Assembly (NCBI GenBank): GCA_963790205.1
Contig: CAWBNQ010000001.1
Location: 640,001-704,000 of the forward strand
Reading direction: 5' to 3'
Origin: Nitrospirota bacterium
GTDB lineage: Bacteria > Nitrospirota > UBA9217
DNA length: 64,000 bases
Shown here: positions 20,712 through 30,473 of the stretch, in pieces
Position numbering within the stretch: position 1 is the first letter of the stretch
Layout of the letters: each line of letters starts with the position of its first letter
The notes under the pieces: generated by a model
Told to the model about the DNA's origin: nothing
Database searches by the model: none
The model's input: the letters and a program-made list of their open reading frames with translations, nothing else
Made by a program: the position numbers and the translations under genes

Positions 20712-21428
20712 CTATGCCTTATTCCACTTCAACGCCAGCAGCATAACTGAGCCAAGCATGAACAATGTTCCCCCGACGAGGGCCCATGGCGCGCCGGGGT
20801 CCCTGGCAATAAGCAGGATGGCCGCCTGCCCGCGGTCGAAGTTCAGGTCCTTGAGGTAGATCCCGGTCCCGCCGTAGAACAGAGGGGCGTTCGGTCCGAG
20901 CGTGCCGCTCTTCACGAGTTGATTGTGCTCGTATAATGATACGTCCGCAGACCAGTCTGTCATGTAACCGTTCTTGTCAGTTTGCGCGCGGACCTCACGG
21001 AGCAGTAATGCCCTGTCCTCGGGAAGTCGAGCAATGGCGCCCTGGGGCATCATACCCGAAAGCTTGTATCCCCACCCTGCGCCGAGCAGATGCGCAAGCA
21101 GAATGAAAAGAAAGCCGAGGTGGATGATTTGCGGCGAGATGCGCGGCAGAAAGTCCGCGCGCGTCCAGTTGCCCTTGACGGCCTGGATGCCGCAGACCAG
21201 CGTGTTGACCGTAAGCAGCGCGAGAGCCGCTACGGCGGCGAAGAACCACCCTGTGTACCACGGGTTGCCCCACGCCGTATGCTCGACCCATCGGAAGAGA
21301 ATATCATCGTTCATCCGGGCAAAGACCTCGGGGTGCGCCGGCATCATATACGAGCCGATGAAGAACAGAACGACGAGCGCCAAGAGCGTCCAGACCGTTG
21401 TCTTGAGTGAGAGGAAAAAGTTTTTCAT
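20712..21428 (-). CDS. resB: ResB/CcsB-like cytochrome c biogenesis protein (short form)
   Basis: TM helices, IIHLGFLFILLAHL, PNAPL, RDPGAPW; next to ccsA. Confidence 0.75.
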   Translation of the reverse strand: MKNFFLSLKTTVWTLLALVVLFFIGSYMMPAHPEVFARMNDDILFRWVEHTAWGNPWYTGWFFAAVAALALLTVNTLVCGIQAVKGNWTRADFLPRISPQIIHLGFLFILLAHLLGAGWGYKLSGMMPQGAIARLPEDRALLLREVRAQTDKNGYMTDWSADVSLYEHNQLVKSGTLGPNAPLFYGGTGIYLKDLNFDRGQAAILLIARDPGAPWALVGGTLFMLGSVMLLALKWNKA

Positions 21429-21506
21429 ACAGTAAGTAAATTCACCGCGAGTCCGATTTTCTACGCGACTCCGCGTCTTCGTGGTCCACTCTGCGCGGAC
21501 TTGTCC

Positions 21507-22223
21507 TCAGAATGCATGCGAGCTCTTCATCAAGAGCCCCACGCCTGCGTAGGTGAACATCACGATCGCGAACCCGATGATCCCCATCCAGACGACCTTC
21601 GGGCCGGTCCACCCGCGCACGAGCCGCGCGTGAAGATAGAGGCTGTAGAAGAACCAGACGATGGTGGTCCAGAGCTCCTTCGGGGTCCAGAGCCAGTAAG
21701 CGCCCCAGGCAAGGTACGCCCAGATGCCGCCGAAGATCATTGCCGTTGAAAAAAGCACGTAGCCGAGAAGCAGGCTCCGGTATTGGTTGACCTCCGCGCG
21801 CTGCTCATGGGTAGAAAGAGAAAGTATCCCGAAGACAGCTCCGATCGCAAACAGCGCATAGGACAGAAATGACAGGACCACATGAAGCTCGAACCAGAGG
21901 GTTTTGAGCACCGGCGGAAGGGCCCCGGGCATGGACGGAGATGCAACGGAGCCGACGAGAAAAAGGACGATCAGCGGCACCGTAATATATGAAAAAAGAT
22001 CGCGCTTACGGTTCCACCCCGCAACCACGGAGACGAGGCCGATGGAGAAGGCAAGGAAACCGAGCGTGTCGTGGAGGCCGACGAGCGGAATTCTGCCGAA
22101 GTTCAGCGCCGTGTAAAGGATGAAGCCCGCGTGCAGCACGAGCGCCGGAAGCATCAGGCGGAGGCGGCGCAGGCCGATAAGATACAGTATGATGAGGACG
22201 GGTTCCATTAATACCGTTACCAC
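21507..22223 (-). CDS. ccsA: Cytochrome c biogenesis protein CcsA/ResC
   Basis: WWD domain GGIWAYLAWGAYWLWTPKELW, YLHAR, LHV. Confidence 0.9.
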   Translation of the reverse strand: MVTVLMEPVLIILYLIGLRRLRLMLPALVLHAGFILYTALNFGRIPLVGLHDTLGFLAFSIGLVSVVAGWNRKRDLFSYITVPLIVLFLVGSVASPSMPGALPPVLKTLWFELHVVLSFLSYALFAIGAVFGILSLSTHEQRAEVNQYRSLLLGYVLFSTAMIFGGIWAYLAWGAYWLWTPKELWTTIVWFFYSLYLHARLVRGWTGPKVVWMGIIGFAIVMFTYAGVGLLMKSSHAF

Positions 22224-22264
22224 TTCGAGAAAATTCGCGGCCGCTCAGCCGGGTCCTGTCCAGA

Positions 22265-22302
22265 CAGCAAAGGCATTCCGGAAGACCGGAATGCCTTTGC
22301 TG
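22265..22302 (-). terminator. Hairpin / terminator after hup
   Basis: Perfect 17-bp stem cagcaaaggcattccgg-aaga-ccggaatgcctttgctg. Confidence 0.7.
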
Positions 22303-22326
22303 ATTTCCTGATTGCCGGATAAAAAA

Positions 22327-22614
22327 CTACTTCTTGCCGAGGATAGCCTCTTTTGCGGCCTTGGCTACGCGGAACTTTACGACTTTCTTGGCCGGGATCT
22401 TGATGGCCTCGCCGGTCTGCGGGTTCCGGCCCATGCGCGCCTTGCGCTGCACGAGCACGAGCTTGCCGAGTCCGGGGAGCGTGAACGCGTTCTTCGCTTC
22501 CTTGTACGCGAGCGCCGCCATGTCTTCCAGGATCTGCACCGCCAACTTCTTCTTGATGTCCGCCTTCTTCGCAATGTGGTCCGCAATCTGAGACTTCGTC
22601 ATGGCTTTTGCCAT
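22327..22614 (-). CDS. hup: HU family DNA-binding protein
   Basis: MTKSQI, LPGLGKL, RKARMGRNPQTGEAIKIPAK. Confidence 0.93.
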   Translation of the reverse strand: MAKAMTKSQIADHIAKKADIKKKLAVQILEDMAALAYKEAKNAFTLPGLGKLVLVQRKARMGRNPQTGEAIKIPAKKVVKFRVAKAAKEAILGKK

Positions 22615-23085
22615 AAGACTTTCCTCCTTAAAAAAATTAATTAAAAAAATTCTAACCGCCCAAGGCAGATTAGGTGTGCTATTCGAAGCAAAGTATATAC
22701 ACTCTAAAATAAAATAGCAAGAGAATTTTTTTAAAAGGGCGCCTTTTTTCAGGGTATTTTCAGGGTATTGGACGCGGAAGGCGAGCGGAGCTGCTTTGCA
22801 TGAGAACCCCGGCGCCGAAAGAACGTCAAAGGTAGCATCGATAAAAATAGTTGGACTTTTTTTAAACGACGAGGCGACCGGATTCAACGCTTCTATTCCG
22901 GCGGATACGGCCCGTACCTATCTTGATTGATATTCATTTTCCCTTCAGTGCGCCGCTGCTCGTCGCGACATCGACTCCGCATGTGATCTGTCCTCCAGTG
23001 ATGGAGGCGAATTTCAGTCGGGTGTACGAACCGGATCCACAAGACCTGATAATCGCGTCAGCCCTCGGCCTATGCCCCTAAAAAA

Positions 23086-23739
23086 TTAAGCATCAAGCGA
23101 GGTCAGGCCCGCTCGAATGGCGTATTTGGTTAGCTCGGCGATGGTGTGGATGTCGAGTTTTTTCATGATCTGCTGTCGGAACGTCTCGACGGTTTTCGCG
23201 CTTACGCTGAGTTTGGCCGCGACTTCACGGGTGCTTTTTCCTTCCGCGAGGAGCTGGAGCACCTCCCGCTCCCGGGCCGTAAGCGCGGAGAACACCGAGA
23301 GGTTCTTTTTCGGGAAGAGCTTGACGTAGTCCTTGATCATGGTGTCCGACAGTTTTGAGCTCAGGTATGCCTTCTGGGAGGACACGGCGCGGATGGCGTG
23401 TATCAGTTCTTCGAACGCGCAGTCCTTCAGCAGATAACCCGCGGCGCCGGCCTTGAACATCTCCACGATGAAGTTCCTGTCCGCGTGCATCGAGAGGGCG
23501 ATCACCTTGATGCCCGGGCTGTCCGCCGCAATCCGGCGCGTCGCGTCGATGCCGTTCAAGCCCGGCATCGAGATGTCCATGACGATGATGTGGGGCGACA
23601 GCTCGGCCGCCAGCCGCACCGCGGACCTTCCGTCTTCCGCCTCCGCAACTACGGTCATGTTCCGCTGTTCCTCGATTAAAGCGCGGAGGCCCTCGCGCAG
23701 CAGCTTATGGTCGTCGGCGAGGAGAATTCTTATGCCCAT
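23086..23739 (-). CDS. NarL/LuxR family response regulator
   Basis: ILLADDH, MDISMPGLNG, GYLLK, LTAREREVL..AEGKS HTH. Confidence 0.93.
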   Translation of the reverse strand: MGIRILLADDHKLLREGLRALIEEQRNMTVVAEAEDGRSAVRLAAELSPHIIVMDISMPGLNGIDATRRIAADSPGIKVIALSMHADRNFIVEMFKAGAAGYLLKDCAFEELIHAIRAVSSQKAYLSSKLSDTMIKDYVKLFPKKNLSVFSALTAREREVLQLLAEGKSTREVAAKLSVSAKTVETFRQQIMKKLDIHTIAELTKYAIRAGLTSLDA

Positions 23740-23765
23740 GACGTTCCTTTCCTGGTGCCTGATTT

Positions 23766-25625
23766 TTATTTGAGCGGCGTTGCCAGGACCACTTTTGTCC
23801 CGGCTCCCGGCCTGGATGCGATTTCGCAACACCCGTCTGACTGCTTCAACCGCCGGCGGATCGTGAACAGTCCGAATCCTCCGTTTTTTTCCGCGACCGT
23901 TGCCGGGTCGAACCCGATGCCGTTGTCCTCGACGGAAACTTTCATGAGCTCGCTCGTTCGTGAAATGGATATTTTCACGCTGCTCGCCTGTGAATGCTTG
24001 ACAATATTCATCAGCAGTTCGCGCACGCTCCGGAAGAGAAGGTAGCGGGTGTCGTCATCAGGCTGCCCGGTCCGGCCGTCATCCGCAACGCTGATCGGTA
24101 TCTTGTGCGTTTTTTGAAAACCTTCGGCAAGAGACTCCACGGCGGCCTGAAAGCCGATTTCAAGCAGCACGGGGGGGCTGAGTTCCACGGTTAACGATCT
24201 CGTATACTGGATGGTCTGCCGGATAAGTTCGCGGATTTCTTCCACGTGCCTGATAAGTCCCGGAGAAGGGAGCGTCTTTCGCAGCGCCGCCAGCCTGAAT
24301 TGCGTGAGCACCAGGTTCTGGCCGACAAAATCGTGAAGGTCCGCGGCGATAAGATGCCGTTCCCGCTCCTCGATCTGCGACTCCATCGATGACATTTCCA
24401 GGGCCGTCGCGCGCAGTTCCCGCTGATATGCCAGGATCTTCTCTTCCATGCCCCGGTGTTCGGTTATGTCCTGCGCGACGCCGACGTAACAGGCAGTCTG
24501 TCCCGCCTCGTCCTGCACAGGATATCCGCGGTCCCATATCAACCGGAGGGACCCCTCGGGCCGAATGATCCGGTATTCCGCCTCATATAACTGCCCGAGC
24601 CTCTTGCGCTCAAGAGCGACCAGCACCCGGTCCCTGTCTTCCCCGTGGATGGCATCGAGGAAGGACCGGGGATGTTCGTACAGGCTCTCCGGGGAACGCC
24701 CCCAAACGCGCTCGTACCCCGGGCTTACGTAGACCATCTTTGTCGTCTCGACATTGGAAATCCAAAAGACCTCTTTAATGGTTTCCGCGATCAACCTGAA
24801 GCGCTGCTCGCTTTGCCGGAGCGCGTTCTCGGCCCGCCCGCGCGCAACGACCATGGCATTGAAGGCCGAGGCGAGGTTCCCGACTTCATCGGCTGTTTCA
24901 GCCGGCGCCTGCTCGACGGGCAACCCCTTTTCGAGGGCCTTCACGCTCTGGGTCAGCTTTTTGAGCGGCCCGGTGATCTTTTTTACCGCAAGATAGATAA
25001 TGACGACACTGGAGAAGATGAAGACCAGCATGATAACGGCGTTTCGGATCAACAGCGCGAGGATTTCCTTATAATAGGAGTCCTTGCTCAAGATGACCCT
25101 TACATAGCCGATGACCTTTTCCGACCCGTTCTCGACCGCGTCGCCGAAATAAAGCGACTCATTCGCTTTTGAAACGGATTTGATCATGACGGGACTTACA
25201 ACTTCAAAGGTGCGGGCTGTTTCAAGAACGCTTGTCGGCGTGGCGGCCCCCAGGCCCAGTATGCTGTTCTCGCGGAGCGGTGAAGTTTCTTTTGCGGAAA
25301 GCGTCTTGCTTTTAGCATAGATGATTTTTAAACGGGCATTATAAATCGAGATCGAGACAACGTCCTTCAGGCCCAGAGCGCCTTCCGCGGCATTCTCCAG
25401 CATTTTCCCGTTTTCCGCGAATACCCCCACCACGGCGCCGTGGGCGAGGAGTTCGGAAAGCATTTCGCCTTGTTCTCTCAGGCCCGCCTTTGCCTTGTTG
25501 CTTTCATGGACCACGGCAAACAGCGTGAACGCCGAAAGCACGACGACGATGACGACGATGAAAGAGGCAAGCATCTTGAGGCCGAAGCTTTCTCTGAGGG
25601 AAAAACGGAATTTATTAATCATCAT
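23766..25625 (-). CDS. Membrane sensor histidine kinase (HAMP, PAS, HisKA_3)
   Basis: Two TM, DEVGNLASAFN HAMP, YVSPGYERVWG PAS, ERHLIAADLHD, EDNGIGF, GFGL. Confidence 0.9.
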   Translation of the reverse strand: MMINKFRFSLRESFGLKMLASFIVVIVVVLSAFTLFAVVHESNKAKAGLREQGEMLSELLAHGAVVGVFAENGKMLENAAEGALGLKDVVSISIYNARLKIIYAKSKTLSAKETSPLRENSILGLGAATPTSVLETARTFEVVSPVMIKSVSKANESLYFGDAVENGSEKVIGYVRVILSKDSYYKEILALLIRNAVIMLVFIFSSVVIIYLAVKKITGPLKKLTQSVKALEKGLPVEQAPAETADEVGNLASAFNAMVVARGRAENALRQSEQRFRLIAETIKEVFWISNVETTKMVYVSPGYERVWGRSPESLYEHPRSFLDAIHGEDRDRVLVALERKRLGQLYEAEYRIIRPEGSLRLIWDRGYPVQDEAGQTACYVGVAQDITEHRGMEEKILAYQRELRATALEMSSMESQIEERERHLIAADLHDFVGQNLVLTQFRLAALRKTLPSPGLIRHVEEIRELIRQTIQYTRSLTVELSPPVLLEIGFQAAVESLAEGFQKTHKIPISVADDGRTGQPDDDTRYLLFRSVRELLMNIVKHSQASSVKISISRTSELMKVSVEDNGIGFDPATVAEKNGGFGLFTIRRRLKQSDGCCEIASRPGAGTKVVLATPLK

Positions 25626-26556
25626 TTCCCGCCTTTTTGATGATATCATCCCTGATCTTGAGGCCCATCTTCGCCGCCACCTTTGAGTTGACCGCGAGGT
25701 GCGACGCGCGCGCCCACACGCGAATTGCGCCCGTCTTGCCCGTTGACAGCTTGTTGACGATTTCGCCGGCCTGGGCCCCCATATCGTAAGGGTCCACATC
25801 CAGGGCCGCCACCGCGCCCATCTCGACATATTTTTTGGAAAAGGAGAAGATCGGCACGCTGTTCTGAAAGGAAAAATGAAGCAGATAGTCCACCGCTTCG
25901 GCCGCGGCGATGGTCTCATCGGGGACCATCCAGAAAATGTCTACGGTACCGCGCATCTTGTCCAAAAGACCGGGTATTTCGCGGGGGTCCCGCACCTGTT
26001 TGTCCACCAGCTCAAGGCCTGCGGCACGCGCGGCCGCTGCCGCTTCTGCCACGAACGCCGCGGTGTGCCGCGGGTCGTACAAGAGCCCGATTTTCTTCGC
26101 CTTGGGAAACAGTTCCTTCATCGTGGATATATAGGTCTCGGGGGAGATGTCCATGCTCACTCCCGACATGTTGGGGCGCAGTGAGAGAGCGGCCTCCGAC
26201 GGCATCACCATGGCGTAGACCACCGGCAGGCCTTCAAGCGCCCTCACTTTTTTAAAAGCGGTCGTTCCGATAGCGAAGACCGCATCGGGCGACTCCTGAA
26301 GGACCGCCCCGCTCCCCTCGTTTTCCTCCAGCGTTAATTCCTGCGCGTCACATTTGCAGGCGTCTCTGAAGCCCCGGAGCGCGTCTTGATACGGCCTTAA
26401 CTCGGCGCTTTTAACGACGATTACCTTGAATGCATCAGCGGAAAAGGGAAAAAAAGCGGTGAGCGCGGAAAGCGCACCAAGAGCGAAGAGAAAAACTAAA
26501 GTGCGCGATCGAATATTTCGGCAGAGGGGGTACATAAATGGCACGTGGGCTCTCAT
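25615..26556 (-). CDS. ABC-type substrate-binding protein with no adjacent permease (sensor partner)
   Basis: Signal-like N-terminus, KKIGLLYDP, GAVAAL..DPYDMGAQAG, VNSKVAAKMG; overlaps the kinase start. Confidence 0.8.
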   Translation of the reverse strand: MRAHVPFMYPLCRNIRSRTLVFLFALGALSALTAFFPFSADAFKVIVVKSAELRPYQDALRGFRDACKCDAQELTLEENEGSGAVLQESPDAVFAIGTTAFKKVRALEGLPVVYAMVMPSEAALSLRPNMSGVSMDISPETYISTMKELFPKAKKIGLLYDPRHTAAFVAEAAAAARAAGLELVDKQVRDPREIPGLLDKMRGTVDIFWMVPDETIAAAEAVDYLLHFSFQNSVPIFSFSKKYVEMGAVAALDVDPYDMGAQAGEIVNKLSTGKTGAIRVWARASHLAVNSKVAAKMGLKIRDDIIKKAGNDD

Positions 26557-26566
26557 GTCCGTTGCG

Positions 26567-27856
26567 CTACAAATCGTATTTGATGTCCTGGGCCACAAAT
26601 TGGGCAAGCGTTTTGTCGAAATACTCTTTGCGGCAATTAATTCCGCGCATAGTGTCGTCATGCAGCAGTTTCATGTAACCGCAGCCTCCGAAGCAGAGCG
26701 GCAGGTACGCGCACGCAAGGCATTTTTTGTTCTTCCATTTTCCGACCTGATGTGTCTTCTGGTAGTCATGTATTCCCGTTTTGAGGGAGCCCGCGCAGTA
26801 TCTTTTTCTCCCCACCAGACCCGGGCATTTATACAATGTCCCGTCGTAGTTCACGACGAGATTGTCCCGCTGCTCCACGGCGCAGACCGAGGGCACGAGC
26901 TTCTGCGTGGAAAAACCGCGCTTCAGTATTTCCTCACGGAGATAGAGGCTTGCAGCGCGAAGCCATGGTTCAGTTACGGAGCTGCAGCCGTCATGAAAAT
27001 CAGGCATCGCAAATTTTTTGCTCTCTTGAAAGACAGGAGCGAATTCAACAGAAGCAATTTTATCAGGACCGAGACCATTCCTGAGCAGATAATCAAGCAG
27101 CCCGGGAAATTCCCGGTAACGCTCCCGCGTATAATTGCCGCCGATATGCACATCAATCAAAGAGCAGACGTTCTTGATGTTTCTGACGATCGTATCGAAT
27201 GAGCCCGTGCCGGCCCTGAAGGGCCGGAACAGGTCGTGAAGTTCTTTGGATCCATCGAGGGTGGTGCTCGCGGACCTGAGGCCGAACGGTTTTAATTTTT
27301 TAACTATCTGAGGTGTAAGCAGCGTGCCGTTCGTGGTCAGGGTAAAGCTGAAGGCTATCCCTTGCTTTTGCGCAAGGGCTCGGATGTCTTTTGATATTCG
27401 GACGATCGTATCCATGCTCAGAAGCGGTTCGCCGCCGTAAAAGACAAGATTGATCTCTTGTTGGTTTTTAATGATGCCGGACTTTATAAAATCAACGAAA
27501 TCACCCGCTGTTTCCTCGGACAGGTAATGCTTGCCTTTTCTCTTGCCCTCGTAGCAGTACGTGCACCCGAGATTGCAGTCGAGGTTAAGTATTATGATGG
27601 CGGTGAACGTTTCATTTTCTGCGTTCAGCTCATCAACGTACCCGAGCAGTTCACGCGATTCAGCCTCGCGGCTCTTCACGAGAAAACCGAGTTCCGTCAG
27701 CGTTTTTTTCTCATTCTTCGGCAACCGGCCTTTTTCTATATCCTGAAGAACTGCCGGCGTGACTTCCACGGCTGCCATTGTCACGGTTGAAAAAAGCGTG
27801 ACCTTTTTCGGGTCATCGGGTAAGCGATATATTTTACAATATCGTGAAAGTGGCAT
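26567..27856 (-). CDS. Radical SAM/SPASM peptide maturase (geopeptide-maturase-like)
   Basis: CNLGCTYC, FYGGEPLL, TTNGTLL, SPASM C..YKC..CLACAYLPLCFGGC; N-terminal extension may be an RRE. Confidence 0.88.
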   Translation of the reverse strand: MPLSRYCKIYRLPDDPKKVTLFSTVTMAAVEVTPAVLQDIEKGRLPKNEKKTLTELGFLVKSREAESRELLGYVDELNAENETFTAIIILNLDCNLGCTYCYEGKRKGKHYLSEETAGDFVDFIKSGIIKNQQEINLVFYGGEPLLSMDTIVRISKDIRALAQKQGIAFSFTLTTNGTLLTPQIVKKLKPFGLRSASTTLDGSKELHDLFRPFRAGTGSFDTIVRNIKNVCSLIDVHIGGNYTRERYREFPGLLDYLLRNGLGPDKIASVEFAPVFQESKKFAMPDFHDGCSSVTEPWLRAASLYLREEILKRGFSTQKLVPSVCAVEQRDNLVVNYDGTLYKCPGLVGRKRYCAGSLKTGIHDYQKTHQVGKWKNKKCLACAYLPLCFGGCGYMKLLHDDTMRGINCRKEYFDKTLAQFVAQDIKYDL

Positions 27857-27887
27857 GGTTGTTCAACGAATAACGGGGTAAAACCAT

Positions 27888-27912
27888 GAGGGAGAGCAAT
27901 GCGCTCTCCCTC
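27888..27912 (-). terminator. Stem-loop between precursor and maturase genes
   Basis: Perfect 10-bp stem gagggagagc / gctctccctc with 5-nt loop. Confidence 0.65.
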
Positions 27913-27922
27913 TTTGAGATTA

Positions 27923-28084
27923 TCACCTGCCCGGCCTATAAATACCGGCGGTACAGCATACTAGCTCCGGATTAACAGCCATCTTTTTAGTTGCCTTCTT
28001 CTTGGCGGCTTTCTTCTTAGTGGTTTTTTTCTTGGCAGCCTTCTTCTTGGATCCTTTTTTCTTGATTGTGATGCGTTTTGCCAT
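27923..28084 (-). CDS. RiPP precursor peptide, 53 aa, geopeptide-like with Lys-rich repeat
   Basis: GGAGGTGAGG RBS; MAKRITIKKKGS-(KKKxx)4-KKMAVNPELVCCTAGIYRPGR; directly upstream of the radical SAM gene. Confidence 0.8.
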   Translation of the reverse strand: MAKRITIKKKGSKKKAAKKKTTKKKAAKKKATKKMAVNPELVCCTAGIYRPGR

Positions 28085-28144
28085 AATCCTCACCTCCCCC
28101 TTTTGTGAATTGGCCCGCTCGAGCATGCATTGCTTCAATTTCAC

Positions 28145-30043
28145 TCAGAAGTTATACCGTAGTCCCCCCTCGAACCACCGTTTCGGGTTCTTGTATCTCT
28201 CATCTTCATACTGATCGCCGTTGAACAGATTATGCACATCGGCAAAAGCTTCGAGCGAGGCATCTTTATGCTGCAATATCTTTTTTATCATATGCAGATC
28301 GAAAACAAAGGAACCATAGCTTGCATTCAAGCCCCAGGAGGAGTCTATGTTCCAGTCGATATAGCGGCCGTTCAACAAAGCCTTGAAAGATTGCTGATCA
28401 TCGTAGTGGAGCCCGAGGTCGTAGATACGCGTCGGCTGGAATTTCAATCTCGTGTCAGTATTCAGGTCTTGAGCATCTACATATTCTGTACCCGCGGTCA
28501 GGAAGGTATTGTACACGGGCGCTGTCTTTACTTCGAAATCGACGCCCCTGCGTCTTTGCCTGTTTCCATTTACAAACATTTGCTTAGCAGGATCAACCGG
28601 AGAAGTTTCGATAGTAAAGCCATCACGGATCTCATTCCAGAACACCGAGACCTTCGTCCAGAGGTATTTCAATGAAGCAGTCTCCACCCCTGCCTGATAC
28701 GAATAGACCTTCTCCATTTTCAGATCCGGATTAGGAGTATAAAAAATATTATCTGTATAAGCAAACCCGAGCGGCGGATTGGTGAAGCCCTTTGCAGTGT
28801 AGAGTCTCACTATGGTGCTGCTCCCGACATTGTAAGCAAGCCCCAGGCTTGGGCTGGTGATTGCGTTGTTTGAGTTTGTGCGGTCGTATCGCACGCCGGG
28901 GGTAATGGAGAGCCTGTTCAACAATATGGTATCGTTCGCGTAAACGGCCCATTTCCTTAATTCCCTTTCACCTCCGTCAACCTGCGTCGAATCGAATGTT
29001 CTAGCATCCGCATCCACACCGAAAATAATCGTCTGTGATTCATTCCTCCAGGTTAGTTTGGCGCTCGATCCGTAACTTTTGTCAGTAGTATGTTCGCCTT
29101 GAACTATTACGCCGGAAAAATCGTCTTCAAATACCTGGCGGAGTGATCGAATTGACACGTTCAGGTCCAGATTCTGAGTAAGGCTCGAATTCAGGGCAAC
29201 CGTGGCATGCTGGATGCTCTGAGCATCATCCTCGGATATATCGGTCGACGGGAAAAACGTGGCAAATCCGACTCCCCTGCGGCTCTTTTCATACCCCAAG
29301 GCAAAGAGCACGTTCGTTTTGTCAGTGAGATCATAGGTCAGCTTCGTATAGACATTGTCTCCGTTGACGTGAAAATTCGGCAGCAAGCCATCCGTCTGCA
29401 GCCTCCCCGCGGCCAGATAATAACCGAACCCGTCCTGCTTGCCCCGCGCCTCTGCGCGAAAATCCTCCGTGCTCCTGCTGCCGTAAGACGCGGAGAGCAT
29501 TCCGCCCTGATTGTTTGCCGTGCCCGCCTTGGTGATGATGTTCACCACACCCCCAAGGGCCGAACCCCAGGCTGAAGAAGCGGGGCCTTTGATGATCTCC
29601 AGCTTCTCGATGTTCTGCACCGGGATCAACGCCACATCGACGCTGTTGTCGGCGAGATCGTTTAATACGACCCCGTCGATGATAACGGTCACCTGTTGGG
29701 CATCCGAACCCTGAATAAAAGCATTCGCCCGGGTGACGGGGTCTCCAAGCATAAACATCTGGACCCCGGTGACCGTGTTCAGGACCTCAGCGAGCGTATG
29801 AGCGTTCATGAGCTCGATATCCGAGGCCGTAACGACCGTGATGTTCTCGGCAGTCTTGGAAACAGGCTTCGGGCTCCTGGTGGGTGTTTCCACCACGAGC
29901 TCTTCCTCCTTGAAATACATCAGGAGGAAATTTTTTTCTTCATCGGATTGAGCGAAAACGGGAGAAGGGTTCGAAAGGAGATGGAGCGCAAATAGGGAAA
30001 GAGAAAGAATGGCAATTGTTATGAGGTCCCGTTTATTCGGCAT
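28145..30043 (-). CDS. TonB-dependent outer membrane receptor
   Basis: Signal peptide, plug motif IEKLEIIKGPASSAWGSALGGVVNIITK, NPDLKME, C-terminal RYNF. Confidence 0.93.
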   Translation of the reverse strand: MPNKRDLITIAILSLSLFALHLLSNPSPVFAQSDEEKNFLLMYFKEEELVVETPTRSPKPVSKTAENITVVTASDIELMNAHTLAEVLNTVTGVQMFMLGDPVTRANAFIQGSDAQQVTVIIDGVVLNDLADNSVDVALIPVQNIEKLEIIKGPASSAWGSALGGVVNIITKAGTANNQGGMLSASYGSRSTEDFRAEARGKQDGFGYYLAAGRLQTDGLLPNFHVNGDNVYTKLTYDLTDKTNVLFALGYEKSRRGVGFATFFPSTDISEDDAQSIQHATVALNSSLTQNLDLNVSIRSLRQVFEDDFSGVIVQGEHTTDKSYGSSAKLTWRNESQTIIFGVDADARTFDSTQVDGGERELRKWAVYANDTILLNRLSITPGVRYDRTNSNNAITSPSLGLAYNVGSSTIVRLYTAKGFTNPPLGFAYTDNIFYTPNPDLKMEKVYSYQAGVETASLKYLWTKVSVFWNEIRDGFTIETSPVDPAKQMFVNGNRQRRRGVDFEVKTAPVYNTFLTAGTEYVDAQDLNTDTRLKFQPTRIYDLGLHYDDQQSFKALLNGRYIDWNIDSSWGLNASYGSFVFDLHMIKKILQHKDASLEAFADVHNLFNGDQYEDERYKNPKRWFEGGLRYNF

Positions 30044-30347
30044 GCCTGCACCATTTACCTCAGGTTAGACTGGTGGGTCTTGAGTTTGCACTGCGCATAT
30101 GCCGCTTAGAATAGCATACTATTCACAATTTGTGCACTAAAAAATGCAACGACGAAAATCAGTAAAGCGGACGATTCTTTTGCATAAAAAGTCTCCCGGA
30201 ACGTCATTTCGATTACGCGTGACGCCCCGCCCGGGACCGGTTACGCCTCCGCTCTTTTCGGGGTTGACTTGAGCGCCGCGTTTGTGATAATTTATGCCTG
30301 TTGCCCGGCAACGATCCGAATATAATATTTTGTCAGGAGGCGTACCC

Positions 30348-30473
30348 ATGGCTACCAAGATGAATTTCATTCTCAAAGTTCAGGATGCGAAACTTGCCGA
30401 CGTCCAGAAAGCGCTCAAAGACGCGAACATCAACGTCGTGAGCATCATGGAAATCCATAAGGAAGAGGCGTAA
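30348..30473 (+). CDS. Small 41-aa protein MATKMNFILKVQDAKLADVQKALKDANINVVSIMEIHKEEA
   Basis: AGGAGG RBS, TATAAT upstream, host-like codons; below the ORF-track length cutoff. Confidence 0.65.
   Translation: MATKMNFILKVQDAKLADVQKALKDANINVVSIMEIHKEEA

Noticed and set aside
22327..22887. 186-aa extended HU
   Set aside because: The extension is AT-rich promoter sequence; the RBS supports ATG at 22614
27923..28144. 73-aa histone H1-like protein starting at 28144
   Set aside because: The RBS supports a start at 28084; the CC core and adjacent SPASM enzyme favour a RiPP precursor
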